NCBI GenBank assembly: GCA_964188305.1
Contig: OZ076892.1
Reading direction: 5' to 3' (one strand)
From: Podarcis bocagei
Taxonomy: Eukaryota
Length of the DNA: 64,000 bases
Each line of letters starts with the position of its first letter. The stretch's first letter is position 1. Shown one piece after another: positions 1-13,500 of the stretch. The translations under genes and the position numbers were made by a program. The notes below the pieces were generated by a model. The model worked only from the letters and a program-made list of their open reading frames with translations, was not told where the DNA came from and ran no database searches.

Positions 1-178
1 GGCATATATGGTTCTTCCCTCCCTGCTCCCCCCCCATCTCACTTAGACCCCACAACAACCCTGTGAGGTAGGTTAGGGTGAGAGGCAGTGACTGCCCCGA
101 GGTCACTCAGTGTGCTTCAAATCCGAAAGGGGACTTGAACCCTGGTCTCCTGGGTGCTAGTTCAAAGAGTTCCCTTAC

Positions 179-3100
179 ATGGTACTTGTCAATCTTCTCC
201 CTGTCCAGCGGCTGAGTCACTTTCATCCAGCCTGTCTCTTTCTCAATGATGAAGACTCCTTCAGGAGGGCTATCTGCACCCTGACCGGTGATGCTGTAGA
301 AGATCTTGGTTTCTTTGTCCCGGTTGGATTTGATCTGAGGCAGGGAGAGAAAGATAGGAGATGCTGCACAAAACACTGGATGCTCACTTTCTGAAAAGGG
401 CTGCTGGTTCGGGAAGACTGAGCACCCTTCGCTATCCGAAAAGCTCAGCCACCTGCAGCCTCAGGCAACATATTATAAAAGGGCATTAAGCACAGATACC
501 CTGGGAATGAATCCACATGCCCTTGTTACCTCTGGGGCAAGGCCCACAGACACCCCCACAGGAATCTGCCATACCTGAACAAGGTTCTTAGGGAACGGGC
601 CCCTTTCATTTTCAGGAACGGATATGGGAGGGATAACCCAGTCCCTCTTCTGCCTCTTCAGGCCAGGCTTCGCCGGGGAGAAATAAAGCACTTCTGCTTG
701 GCTGGCAGGCTCAAACTCCTCCTGGAAGAAGGAACCAAGAGTTTTAGAGACCTCTGCAACAGCAGCTGCCTTCCCAAACCAGGTGCTGCTCTCCAGGTGT
801 GGGTGGACTGCCATCAGCTCCAGCAGCTGGGAGCCCACAGGTTGGGGAAGGCTGAGCAAAAACAACAGAGCAGAGTACGAGGGGCTATTCTGGTGCCTCG
901 ACTGCACCCATATCCTATCCAACTATCAACAAGGAAAGAAGGCAGGTGGCAGGTCCGTTAGCACTGCAGGCTGCAAGGCCAGCAGTGTGGGGAGGTCGCT
1001 GTCAATTGCTTTGAGAACAACTGACAGCAGCCCCCGCCAGTAGCAGCTGGCCCAGCTAAGCCTACCGGCAGCTTCAGAATAGGGAATTCTATATACAGTG
1101 ATACCTCAGGTTAAGTACTTAATTCGTTCCAGAGGTCCGTACTTAACCTGAAATTGTTCTTAACCTGAAGCACCACTTTAGCTAATGGGGCCTCCTGCTG
1201 CTGCCATGCCATCGGAGCACAATTTCTGTTCTCATCCTGAAGCAAAGTTCTTAACCTGAAGCACTATTTCTGGGTTAGCGGAGTCTGTAACCTGAAGCGT
1301 ATGTAACCTGAGGTACCAGTGTACAATTCTAACCCTCCATGGAAAGCCAAATGTCCTCCTCTGGAGAGCAAGTACCCATCGAAATTCTCTGCAAAAACCC
1401 AGAAAAGGAGCCAGTTTTGAAAACACCAAAGAAGAAACTCCCAAGAGCAACAGAACTAGAAGCCAGAGCAAATGAAGGCTGTGGGGAAATCCAGAGTTAT
1501 TTCTGTAGCAGGAAGAGTTTCCCTCCTTGTGGCAAACGGAGCCCCTCCTCAGAGAGGTGCATTCCACCTGCAGAGGTACAGCCTTGCCCTATTAGCATAG
1601 TTTCCACCACAGCAGCCATTCTCAAAGGACAAAGGTTGCCATGGTGCCTGCCACCTGCACTCCCCCGAGGCCCCTGCCAGCTGCTTTGCACACTACCTTT
1701 GGAGAAGGAGGGCCTTTGTTCCGCACCAGCACAGTCACCAAGGCAGAGGAGGATCTGGTACCCGTGGAATCCCAGGCATGCACAGCGAAGGTCGTCTCCT
1801 GCCCATGGAGCCGCGTTTGGCGCTGCACCAGGACCGTCCCATTGGGCAGCACCCGGAAGTTGGCATCCTCTGTTGTGTACGAGGCCAGCTTCCATCCCTG
1901 GCAGTCTGCAAACTGGACTGGGGGGTTGGGGAGGGAGGGAGGGAGAGGGAGAAGGAAAAGAGACTGTGTCAGCCTGGATCCTAGCCTAGCAGGAAAAAGC
2001 TCCACTCAATAACATTAAGAATTAAATCTTACCCCTAGAGGAGAGGTATTTTGGCTCTGACTGATCCTCCAGGCCATCTGCAGCTCACAGTCCAAGTTAT
2101 TTAGAACCCCCCTGAGCATCAGCAACCCTTATCAGGGCCAGCCAAACTTTGACCTGTCTCGGCACATGTGCAAACAAGTTTCCTAATTGAGGGGGCAAGA
2201 GTTTGGAGGAGGAGAGCTGGAATGCGCTGCTGATAAGCCATCGCCCAGGAAGGGAAGCACTGAAAGATCTCAACTGCATTCAAGAGAGCGTCTTACAAAT
2301 GGATGGGAGGAGTCTTGTTTGCCCTTTAATGGATTGGCACTCAAGAACCTTGAATTGCTTGCACAGCCCCTGCAGAGCAAGGGGGTGTTTGAGCAGCACC
2401 GGCCAGAGCAACAGCAGCAGCAGCAGGAGAAATCCAGGCTTAGTCCAGACTGATTAGAGCACTCTGCTCTGCTGATGTAGCAAGCAGCCAAGCCCTCTGT
2501 GCGTGCCAGAACAGATCCCACTGACTGGCCTTGGAAGCAGAAGCCCACCGCGGCTTAAACAAAATATGCCGGGGCTCTCCTCTTGCACAGGACTGAACCC
2601 ACACCCAGTCACAAAGCGGGCCGCTTGTCATCATCAAATTATCTGGATTTTCCCAATGCAAACAACAAAGCGTCCACTTTGCTCCCGGTCCTAGCCTCAT
2701 ATTTCAGTTGCAGCTCATAAGATGGAGACCCCCCAAAAAATAATGGTCAGGAAGTGATAGCAGCAGCATTTGCATCAATATAGACAAGTTGAGAAGCCTG
2801 ATTGTCCAGCCAACAAGAGAACAACATATACTTTGCACCAGATGTAAGAAATAGAAATTGGATAGATATTAGGGAGGCTCTAGTGTGTACAACTGCATGT
2901 ACACGCACACGCCTGGCCAAACTGTATTCCAACGTCTTGGTGCAGGGGTGGAGAACCTCAGGCCAGGGTCAATGTGGCCCCCCAGGCCTCTGTCTGGCCC
3001 TCAGAACTGTCCTCAGGTCACTGCTCCTGCTTTGTACCCTCCTTGAATATTTTTGCCTGGCTGGCAAAACTCTGACCGTGAATGCCTTGGGTATGGGACA

Positions 3101-6100
3101 CAGGATAGAGGAGCGTGTGCAAAAACCAGCCCACTGTGAAATTTTCATTAATTACTCTGCCAGCATTTACCACTGGCCCTGCCCACCTCTGGCATGTGGC
3201 CCTCTGAAGGTTGCCCAGAAGGGAATTTGGCTCCCTGGCTAAAAAGGGCTTTGCATCCTGTACTTAAGACAAGAATATTGAAGCATTTTGAATTCCGGGG
3301 AGGTCAGATCCAAACAAACACAACATAGGTTTTGGGAAATAGTAGAACCCCATAAACAACAAGTCAAAATCCCCATCCCACCAGGATGCCACTACTATGT
3401 CTCCCACTTTGCTTCAAATGTTGAGGGGGACAAGGTGAGGCAGTGTACCCACCTCAAACATTAGTCTGCCTCTCCCCATATTCTTGTTTCAAGCCAACCA
3501 GCAAAGCCTCCGAACACATTAATTCTGGTGTCATCAGTGCAGGCATCCGCAACACACCCTAAATTGACTGCAGTAGCAGCAGCCAGGGCCTTGGCTCTGG
3601 ATTCTGGGAAAATAAGCCCTTCCCACCAGGAAATTGTGTGGCAGTATTAGATGCATGATGCACTTCCTGAGACTTTCCATAAAAGCCCAAACTAGTTTCA
3701 CTGCCTCTTTATAGCCCCTGCTTTCAATCATGTGGCTTATGAGTCAGTCATAGGAAGGGATAAGTATTTGAGCTTGTTGCAGAGAAGTTCCTCTATGCCC
3801 TATCAAGGATAAACTTCACTGCCCACTCTAGACCAGCCTTTGGCAGCCTTGTGCCCCCCCCAGATGCTGTGGACCATGACTCCCATCAGTGCTCGTTGGG
3901 GCTGATGGGAGCTGTAGTCCAAACCATCTGGAGGGCACCAGGTTGACGAAGGCTACATTAGACCCTTCTCTTGTTCCTTTCTCATTGTTTAAACTAGACA
4001 CCCAAGATCCACCAACTGAAGTCAAATAGTCCAGAGATGGGGACATTGTGCCCTTTCTCCAGATATTGTTGGACCCCATCTCTCATCAGCCCTGACCATT
4101 GGTCATGCTGGCTGGAGCTGACGGAAGCTCGACAACATCTCCAGAACCACAGCAGGTTCCCCCTTCTGGGGGGACCAGTGGGGTAGGCAAACAGATTTAA
4201 GTGTAAAGGGCACTTTTTCTGAGTGCATATGCTTAGCCCAGGAATGTGTTTTCAGTCCCTTAACTGAGTCTCAAGCTTTTTCCACACAAAAACCAACTCC
4301 TCCTCATTTCCACCCGCTCCCCCAAGACAGCCTAATTTAGAAAGAGGCTTTTAGTTGCTGCTGTTGGAAGAAGCAAGAGCACTTTGCCAATGTACGGCAA
4401 GTGACCCCAGAGATCTACTAGTAGATCCAGCTTCTGCCTACTCCTGTATTATGGAACCTGGATGAAGACTATCAAAGGAGAGGGGCAGGTTGGTTTCCCT
4501 CTCATGGTGTCCCAGGGTATGGGCTGAAGCTGCAGAGGAACATAGGTAGCAGCTGCCTTAAGGTAAGGTAAAGGTACCCCTGCCCGTACGGGCCAGTCTT
4601 GACAGACTCTAGGGTTGTGCGCTCATCTCACTCTAGAAGCCGGGAGCCGGCGCCTTCCGCAGACACTTCCGGGTCACGTGGCCAGCGTGACATCGCTGCT
4701 CTGGGGAGCCTGCACCAGCGCAGCACACGGAACGCCGTTTACTTTCCCGCTATAAAGCGGTACCTATTTATCTACTTGCACTTTTAGGGTGCTTTCGAAC
4801 TGCTAGGTGGGCAGGAGCTGGGACTGAAAGACGGGAGCTCACCCCGCCGCAGGGATTCGAACTGCCGACCATACGATCGGCAAGTCCTAGGCACTGTGGT
4901 TTTACCCACAGCGCCACCCGCGTCCCTTACATGCAGCTGCCTTACATGATGTCAAATTAACAGTCCATCTAGCTCAGGATTGTCTACACCAGGCACCCCC
5001 AATGTGTGGCCCTCCAGATGTTTTGGCCTACAACTCCCATGATCCCTAGCTAAAAGGACCAGTGGTCAGGGATGATGGGAATTGTAGTCCAAAACATCTG
5101 GCGGGCCAAAGGTTGGGGATGCCTGGTCTACACCAACTAGCAGGAACTATCCACCATTTCAGGCAGGAGTTTATCACAATTCTACCTGGAGTTGCTGCTG
5201 GGGGCTGAGCCAGAGACCTTCCACATGCAAGGCAGGTTCTTGACCACAGAGGCCACCACCTTGCTGAAGCTAAGCATAGCCTGGCTGCGAAGCCTGTGGA
5301 TACAGCTTTTAGTTTCACGAGGAAAGGCAAGCAGGATATAAATACAGTCGTACCTTGGTTCTCGAACGCCTTGTGACTCGAATGTTTTGGCTCCTGAACA
5401 CCGCAAACCCAGAAGTAAGTGTTCTGGTTTGCGAACGTTTTTTGAAAGCTGAACACCCGACACGGCTTCCAATTGAGTGCAGGAAGCTCCTGCAGCCAAT
5501 CAGAAGCCGCACCTTGGTTTTCAAACGTTTTTGAAAGTCGAATGCACTTCCGGAATGGATTCTGTTCAAAAACCAAGGTATGACTGTATAAGGAAACAAA
5601 ACAAAATGCCAAGCAGGAGATGAGTTGTGGAACAAAAGTGATTCCTTTAAAGGAGTCCCAAGGGACTTTGCGGCTACAGGCTAGAATGCCCAGCCCATGC
5701 TTCACCACATCCCAGGAAAGGAATAGCACAGATTGCATATGTACAGAATAAAATGCCTAGTTGAAGGAGGAAATGTCAGCTCCACTTGAGTCACACTTCT
5801 GATGAAGTTGCCCGTGGAAGCTTATGAAGCTCTTACCCTCTGTATACAGGCAGAGCCAACAAAGAAAGCACCAACTGCACCAGATTTGACCTTATTTATT
5901 CTTCTTTTAATTAAATTTATATCTCACGCTTCTTCCCAAAGGTGCTCAGAAAAGATCTCAACTTACAATTCTTGCCAGAAGAGGAAAATCTTCAGTAGGT
6001 GCAGAAGAGAAAACAGGGACTTTGCCAGTCTATTATTCAAGGGGAAAGGATTCCAGAGGGCAGGTGCCACAACACTAAAAGCCCAATTCCTACATTCTGT

Positions 6101-9100
6101 GGAATGGACTTCCTAAGAAGATGGTATCTGCAAAAGGTTATCTGCAGCATGCAGTGATTGGCTGGTTGTATAAAGGCTGAGACAATCTAAAGAAGTGGGT
6201 CCTGACCCATAGAAACTGATGCCACAATAAGCCTGCTAAGTCTTCAAGGTGCCACACACTTTGTTGTGCTGCAGGGGAAACTACTAGAGAAACTACAACA
6301 GCCTTCTCCAACCCGGTCCTTTCCGGCTCCTTAGAACTAGGACACAGGCATGCTGGCTGGGAATGAGGGAAACTGCAGCCCCCAAAACATCTGGAGGGTA
6401 CAAGAGTGGCTTGAACAGCTCTAGAATGACTCTGAGATCAAGAGAATCCCTGATGACAATTAGTGATAGTATTATACAAGTGACTTTTTGCAACTACACT
6501 TATCTGACTGTTGTTGACAAGCCCTGTTGGGAGACAGTGAAAAGCCTGCAGTAATTAGCAGACACCATTAACAACTGTGAGGCTCTGAAGAGCAGAAGGG
6601 CTCATGAGTCATGCCCCATCAGTGAGAGTATCTAAAGCCACAACTGAAATGAGACCCTAAATGAAACAATTCCTTTCTTTATTGAACTAGAGAAAGCCAT
6701 TAATATTCCAAGAGAGCTTTCAAACCACTGATGGCAACAGCCAGGACTGGCCCTACTGTTAGGCAGAGGGAAACAGTCATCTCAGGCGGTAAATGCTGAG
6801 GAGTGCAGAGCAGGCAGAGCTGTGTGCTCTATGAGGTTGGCACCACATTGTCTCGGCTAGCCTCCTGTCTTCAACTGCAGTCATATAATAATTTTTTTAT
6901 ATGCCACCCATCCGACATGGTTGCCCCAGCCACTCTGAGCAGCTCTGTATAGAACATGGCCCCTTTGCTCTTGCTGAAGTGAGATTCAAGTGTCCATCTG
7001 GTTGGTTCTGGCACCTGGAATGAGAGGAGGAACCATCTTGTCCTTTGACTCAGGCAGCAAACTGTTTTGGGGCCAGCCACGGAGGCAACACTGCACAAAA
7101 CACAGAGAACCCACAGAGCCGTGCGATGATGCCATCAGCAACTGCGTGTGAAACCCATGAACAGAAGTACCAGTTCTAGAAAGTTAGCAGCTGTGTGTCA
7201 AGCCTGCTGCAGCAAAAACAAGTAGTGTTGTAGCACCTTAGTCAGTTATGGCAGAAGTGCTTGAGGATCAGAATTCAATAAATCAGATGCAAAATGTGCG
7301 TAACAGCACATCCATGCATCTGGTCAAGCAGACTTTCCTCCATGCAAACCTATGCCATAACAAGCCTGGAAACACAAATACCATCTATTACTCAACAGTC
7401 TGAAGGCCTCCAGGCCCTTGCACTTTTTATAAACAGCAACTGAACTTGAGTCAGCAAACTGGACATTTGGATGAGATGTACTGAGCTATATGTGTAAAGA
7501 TAGATGGATGTATGATGGTTCTTGTATTGTCAACATAAGCCACCTTTTTTGTTTGCTGTTGTTCCCCCCTTAACCCCCCTTCCACTTTTTCTTTTGTCTC
7601 CATTAATAAATTTGCACACACCAAAAAAATTGTATGCCATAACAAATTTGCTTATCTTTTAAAAGTACCTCGAGATTCCTGTTTCAGAAGCATCAAAATC
7701 ACCCTGTACTGGTCCTAAAATGCAGAACAAAGACCCATTGCCAACAGTGACATTCAGAACTATGAGCTGCATGCAACTAAGTCCTACTCAGAGGAGACCA
7801 ACTGAAATCAATGAGCCTGCCTAGGTTACTTGCATCCACTAACTTCAAAGGGTCCACTCAGAGTAGGACTAGTGTGGAATACCAGTGGGTAATTCCCACT
7901 GCAGTTCCTCCTCCCAGCTCGGGGATTTGTGGCTGCAGAGATGCGCCTGCTTAGCCGCGACCTCTCTGGAACAAGCACCGGCATTTCTGCTGGGAAAGAA
8001 CAGACTCTTCCGACTCTGTGCACATCAGGCATGGAAAGCTTTGGAGGTCAAAGCCATCTCAGTCCATCTCTGAGCTCTCATCACTTAGTGGAATCTGACG
8101 CGCCCCAAAGCCATTAGCAGAGACCCCTCCGTATGCCATTACTGGAAATAGCTTCCTTCTTCCCTTCCCCAAGAGGCTTTGGCAGCAGCAGAGAAGAGCA
8201 AGTGGGTTGCCATGCCTCCTTCCACAAGCAAGGCAGCTCCTAATGGTCACGCACGCATGCAGGGCTGGAACCAAAAGGTCTGCTGGGGCCTCTTAAGAGC
8301 GCACAGCAGGGGCTGAAGAGGCAGGCAGGGCCCCATCACATCCTGCAACCTGCCCCTGAAGCCGTAACTCAGCCTTTGAGCCAGTGCAGTCACTGGAGCA
8401 GTTAATCCCCGGCCAGACACACCTCAACAAGAACGAAGGAGTTAGCAATTAACCTCTTATATTTCACTCTGCTCTGGACTGGGGCTCCAACTCCAGCCCT
8501 CCAAGGAGCTGGGCAGTAGGGCAGAAGCTTGTTCTGCCTCTGAGGGACAGAGGCACAGGAAGCCCTTGGTGCTGCTGCTGAGCCCAAAGGGAGAAAAAAT
8601 ATGGCACAGGGGCTCCTTCTGTGCCCACATGGGCAAGCAGTTTTTGGCCCACTTCACAGCAGGTAACAGGGGAACAAGCTTGCAGTGCAGCCCTGCCCCC
8701 CACCATGACCTCCCCCTTTCTCCAGCATGCATGGAATTCGCTCCCCCCTCTCTCCCTCTGCGCTCTTATCTCAAGGCCCCTCCATTATGGAGGTCAAGCT
8801 GTGCAAAGAGGTGAGGAGAGCTGCAGCTACAGCAGATTAAACCCTCCTTCAGCAACTCAGTAAACACCAGGCAAATTCTGGAAGGGGCAGGGAATACAGC
8901 CAAGGCTGGCCCTATGGAGGACAAGGCTGAACAGAGCCACCTTCGAAGGAAGGTTTGCAACAGAAGGCAAATCGTCATAACAGCTTTGATAAAACTGGGG
9001 GGAGGGGAGGTGGAGAGATGCTGCAGTAATTTCAGCTAATCCACTCGCAACTGCCAAAGTGTTCTGATGAGTTTCCGTCAGGTATCATAGAATCATAGAG

Positions 9101-12100
9101 TTGGAAGAGACCACAAGGGCCATCGAGTCCAACCCCCTGCCAAGCAGGGGGTTTACCCTAGCCCTTGACATCATACACACACTTTCCAGGACCAACTTGG
9201 TAGTTTGTTTAAAACTCTTTACTGAATACTGAATTGCTATAACCCACCCTGGGAGCCTACAGTGAAGGAGCAGGTAAGATATCATCACCATCGCCAATAT
9301 ACAAAAGAAGTCTTTAGAGTGCAAAAGCATAAAGAGGAATCTGTAGCAGAAACATACAGATTGCACAGCAGCTACACTGACCGGCCAGGAAGTCTTGCTA
9401 CTGAGTCTCAAATATACATGCTGCAATTATTTAGTTGAAATTAAAATGTGCTCTGCACATGAACAAAAGCTCTAATTACTTTATATGCATCATAGCCAAG
9501 CCCTGGCTTTAAGTTACACCTTGGGCATGGATAAGGAGGCATTCCTGCCCTATATGACTGGAAGTTGCACTCTGGGGAGTAACAGACACTTTCAGGAGCT
9601 GTAAACTTCTTCCTCCTCCAAGTTCCAGAGCCTACCATGAGCAACAAACAATGAAATCATAATGCTATACAACTTGGATCGTCTCCCTGGGGTAGCAGAG
9701 AAACAGAGGCCAATCTAGAGAGATTAAGTCAGCCAGGATTTCCTCGTTGTGCTCTAGCACTAAGCTGGCACATACCGGTAATCTGGCAAATCGAGAATTC
9801 CCCACCATACAGAGGGGAAATCAGATGAAAGTTTTGTGAACTCGAAACTGGGGCTACAGAGCCTCCCACCAAACTATGCAGGGAGCCCAGGTTCTGACCT
9901 AAAGGACACAAACATTTGCATTGCAAGGCCTTTTAATTGGCTTTGGGTGCCAGCCAGCAAACTGTTTGCAGGTTGGATTAGGCCACGGCTGGGTGAACAG
10001 GTCACTTTCGAACACTGGAAGGTCTTGCTGAGCGAGGACGGCCAGCTCCAGTGTGCCAGTACTCTTTCACCGCTCATGCCACTGCCTTTCATTCCCAACC
10101 CCAAGGCAGGTGGAAGGAATTCTGTTTGGGGAGGCGGAGGCAGGGAGAGCTGGTTGCTTGCAGCAGAAGGGGCAGTTTCAGTCTCTGGGAGAGTTAAGTC
10201 ACTGGCACAGAGAGAGTTAAACGGATTCCTGCTCCTGGCAGGGGTGACCGAGAAAAGGAGACAGACCAGCCTCTGTTCCATGCACAATGTCCCTGTTTCA
10301 CAAAACAACTAGACACACATTTGCTGGCAATTAGGATGCCATGCCGAACAGCTAGGCCAGCCTGCCTGCCCCCCCGCCCCCCTATCAACATCATCTGGAG
10401 CAGCAGACCTCAAGAAAGATGGAGGATGGAGAGAACTTCAATGGCATCATGCAGCAGGTGCCTGGGGGGGGGGTCTATCACGAAATTTAGGTAGCACCCA
10501 CCTTCAGGAAAGAACACAACATTCTCATCCATCAGTGGGTGGAACAGAGGAAGCCGTAATGTGGGACATCAGCCAAGCCCAGTTCTGTTGGCCCAAAGGC
10601 TGCAAAGGCCCATCTGCTCCTTGTTACAGGAATTCAAGTGGGGCTCAGGGAGATCAGCCTTGAGGGCACAACAACCTCCTCTGGGAAAGCTGCCAGAGAA
10701 GCAGGAATGGTGCAGTGATGACTGGGGAATCCTGGGTTCAAATCCCCATTCAGCTGCCAAGCTCATTCATTAGGTGAGCTTGGACTTTTCACTCTCTCAA
10801 TCAACCTAGCCAATCAACCTCACAGAGGTGTTGAGAGGATAAAATGGGGGGCAAGTGGACAGGACAACTTATTTGGAGGAAGACAGGATAATTACAATAT
10901 CAGTAACTATTATTAACAATAGCAATAAGTATGAAGAGTAATGATAAGCCTCAGTCCCTATAGAAGCAAATTCCACCTTGTCCCACTGTAAGCTTATACC
11001 AAGAGGCAAAACTTGGCTGAAGCTTATTCAGGCAATGGATTTGGTGGTGCCTATGGAAACAGTAAAACAATGTAACTGTAGAATGATGGAGCTTCGTTTC
11101 ATTTACAAATTCTTCAGAAAACCAAAAAACAGTTCCAAAGATTTATACTAATTTGTGGATCACGTAATAATGTGTTCTATAGATGTATAAGTTGTGGTGT
11201 ATGAGAATACAAGTTTTCATAATGTATTGGGGAGGGGAATCCCTGGGAAAATAAACAATTGATTTTTTTAAAAAAATAATGTAATTATTGTTTTTGCTGC
11301 ATACAAACAACATTGGGGATTTCTGCCTCAGATGTCAGAATTGCAAACCCTTTGGCCAACTTCCACCAAAGCACCTCCAACTGTTTTGAGGTTAACTGGA
11401 AGGGGGGGGCGCATTTCATGAGCAACCTTTGGGGGCCTTAAGCACAGAAGGAAGAAAAAGATGGACTAGAGAGAGAAAGTTGGGCAAATGAGAGAGAATA
11501 TGCTAATGCCAAAACAACCAATTCATGGTTATGCTGGGATTTGAATTGCAAAAAGGTAAGACAAGGGGGGGGTTATCAGAAGATGGGCTAGGTAATAAGG
11601 ATCTCAAGAGTTATGGGAATCAACCCACAACAACTGAAGTTCCTTTACTGCCTTGCCAGGAATTCCATTCCATTGAGTTGGTCATTTCCAAGCCACACCT
11701 TCTGGAAAACCAACTCATCACCGACCCCCTCCGACAGCACAGCTTCACAAGCACCTGGAGGGGGAGGGGAGAGCACATGGCTGCGTCAGAATAAGCTCTA
11801 CCCCGCCCCCCCCCCGGGCCCAACCAGGTGCCCATCAAGGGCCATCAGTCCAGGATTATCATGCAGAATGGCTGGGGACAAAGCATCTCACCAGGAGTAA
11901 GCAGGAAGGAAGCAACCCCCCCCCCCATTCCAGGACACCTCCAACAGTACTGCCGCGCCAGGCGGAGCGCGGCCATCTCAAGGGCCAGAGGCCACGGGCG
12001 AGTGGCGCTTGCCAACCCCACTCGTAGCTCTCAGAAACGGCGGGGTGGGAGAGGCAGTGGTCAGCCCGCAGTCCAGTTTGCAAGAGTCGGAAAAAAGACT

Positions 12101-12898
12101 AATCCCGTGGATTAGAAAAGCGGCGCCCGGGGCTGCAGGAGGAACCCGTCGCAGCCGTCGAAGGCGCCTCTCCTGCCCTGTCGCAATCTTCAAACCGGAG
12201 CCCTCGAGGCGCTCTGCCGAGATGGATCTCACCCCCGCCCCACCCCACCCCATAAACTATACTACGAGGAATCGAAATAAACACCAACATAGGGAAAGGA
12301 TCAGCCAGGAGACCTCGGCGGGCAACAAAGCCCGAGGAAGAGCAGAAGAAGGGACAGCCACAAAAAGACGCGAGCGCGCCTAGACGCCACGGAGAGGGGC
12401 TCACTTCAGACAAATACTCGAAATCGTGCAATCGCCTCCCCTGGCCCAGCACGCAAAGCCCCCAGTCCTCTTCCAGGTCCGGAAAAGTCATCAGACGGTA
12501 TCCCCCTCTCCCCGCGCGCGCCGCCGCCTTCTCACCTTGGCCCAAAACGTGTCCCCGGGGCAGGTCTCCGTCCGGCACCTCGATGGTGAAGACTTTGGAG
12601 GTGAAGCCAGCGGAGCAAGGTTGCGTCGGGTCCGCTAGCAGAGTCCCCACCTGAGAGGGGCAAACGGAGGGACAGTCAGGCACCTGAAGCCTCAGGGAAG
12701 CGGGAAAGGGAAACGTGCCCCTGTGCCCCCCTCCCCTCGAGGAACAACATCTCGCCCAGGGCACTGATGCGCCCCTCCGCTCTCCTTCCCCGGGATCCGC
12801 TGTTTACCGACACCGTCCTTCGGGGACCCGCTTAGTTAGGTACTCACCTCGAGGAGGAGAAACAAGAGGGCCCGCAGGCAGCTCCGCGGGAGCCCCAT
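179..12898 (-). CDS. CDH3: Type I classical cadherin, CDH3 (P-/B-cadherin-like), exons 1-5; 3' part continues beyond the left edge
   Basis: GT-AG exons in frame: 12898-12848 ([17 protein letters not shown], signal peptide), 12650-12536 (115 nt), 1917-1697 (prodomain), 721-575 (…LKRQKR|[23 protein letters not shown]), 334-179 (156 nt, [52 protein letters not shown]). Furin site, Trp2, PEN and LDRE motifs and a long intron 2 are present. CDH3 rather than CDH1 rests on the MGLPR N-terminus and B-cadherin-like EKETGWMKV, recalled from memory. Confidence 0.85.
1096..1321. mobile_element. Tc1/mariner (Tigger-like) MITE
   Basis: TA|CAGTGATACCTCAGGTTA … TAACCTGAGGTACCAGTG|TA; a related copy is at 32238-32467. 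Confidence 0.8.
4561..4926 (-). mobile_element. Sauria SINE
   Basis: (AAGGTA)n tail, i.e. (ACCTTT)n on minus; core gcggtacctatttatctacttgcac; tRNA-like head; flanking GCAGCTGCCTTA direct repeat. Confidence 0.85.
4990..5125. mobile_element. Palindromic hAT MITE (136 bp)
   Basis: CAGGCA…TGCCTG ends, perfect 8-bp TSD GTCTACAC, internal hairpin ctacaactcccat…atgggaattgtag. Confidence 0.85.
5345..5586. mobile_element. Tc1/mariner (Tigger-like) MITE
   Basis: TA|CAGTCGTACCTTGGTT … AACCAAGGTATGACTG|TA terminal inverted repeats. Confidence 0.8.
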
Positions 12899-13500
12899 CG
12901 CCGCGACGAGAAGCGAAAGCGCCGCCGTCGGCAAAGAGAAACCTCGCCGGAGCTCCGGGCGCGTCCCGCGTTGCTTCGCCTGGAGCTGCCTGGGCTGAAG
13001 GAGGCCCCCTCGCGTCGCCCGCCTGCTTCGCCTGCTACTACCACTGCGGGGCTCCGCCCGGCCTGCCCGGCGCCTTTAAAGCCGCCGCGCCAGGTGAGGC
13101 TCCGCGGGCGGGGCTCCCGCTGCCACCGCCCGGCCCCTCCCCGCTCGCCCGGGTCTTGCAAAGGCGGGCAGGGGGCGAGACCGGCTCCATCGCTGCAAGG
13201 GGAGGGGGCGGACCTCTCCCCCCCCCACCTGAAACTTGGTGTCGACGGCTGTGTTTCGGTTACGCGGGGGGCGCTTTTCTGGCAGGGGGAGCCTCCCTCT
13301 TGATTCAGCACCCGCTTCCAAATTGCTTTCACCTCCCTACAGCGCTAAACGCGATTTTAGCTCTCTGCATTTTTAACGAGGGTTCAGCTGGAGGCTGCAT
13401 TTGTCAAAATAAAAAGTACCCAAAGGAGGAAATAAAACTTTTACAGTGATATCCTCAAAAAGGGATTGTCCAAATCTCTCTTTGGTTTCTCGCTCCCACT
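11900..13500 (-). promoter_or_regulatory. CpG island / promoter of the CDH3-like gene
   Basis: Very GC- and CpG-rich across exons 1-2. TTTAAA TATA-like element at 13075-13080, E2-boxes CAGGTG 13091-13096 and CACCTG 13226-13231, and GC boxes upstream of the ATG. Confidence 0.75.

Noticed and set aside
12099-13449. 221-aa and 244-aa ORFs
   Set aside because: CpG-island artefacts; only cadherin exons 1 and 2 within them are supported.
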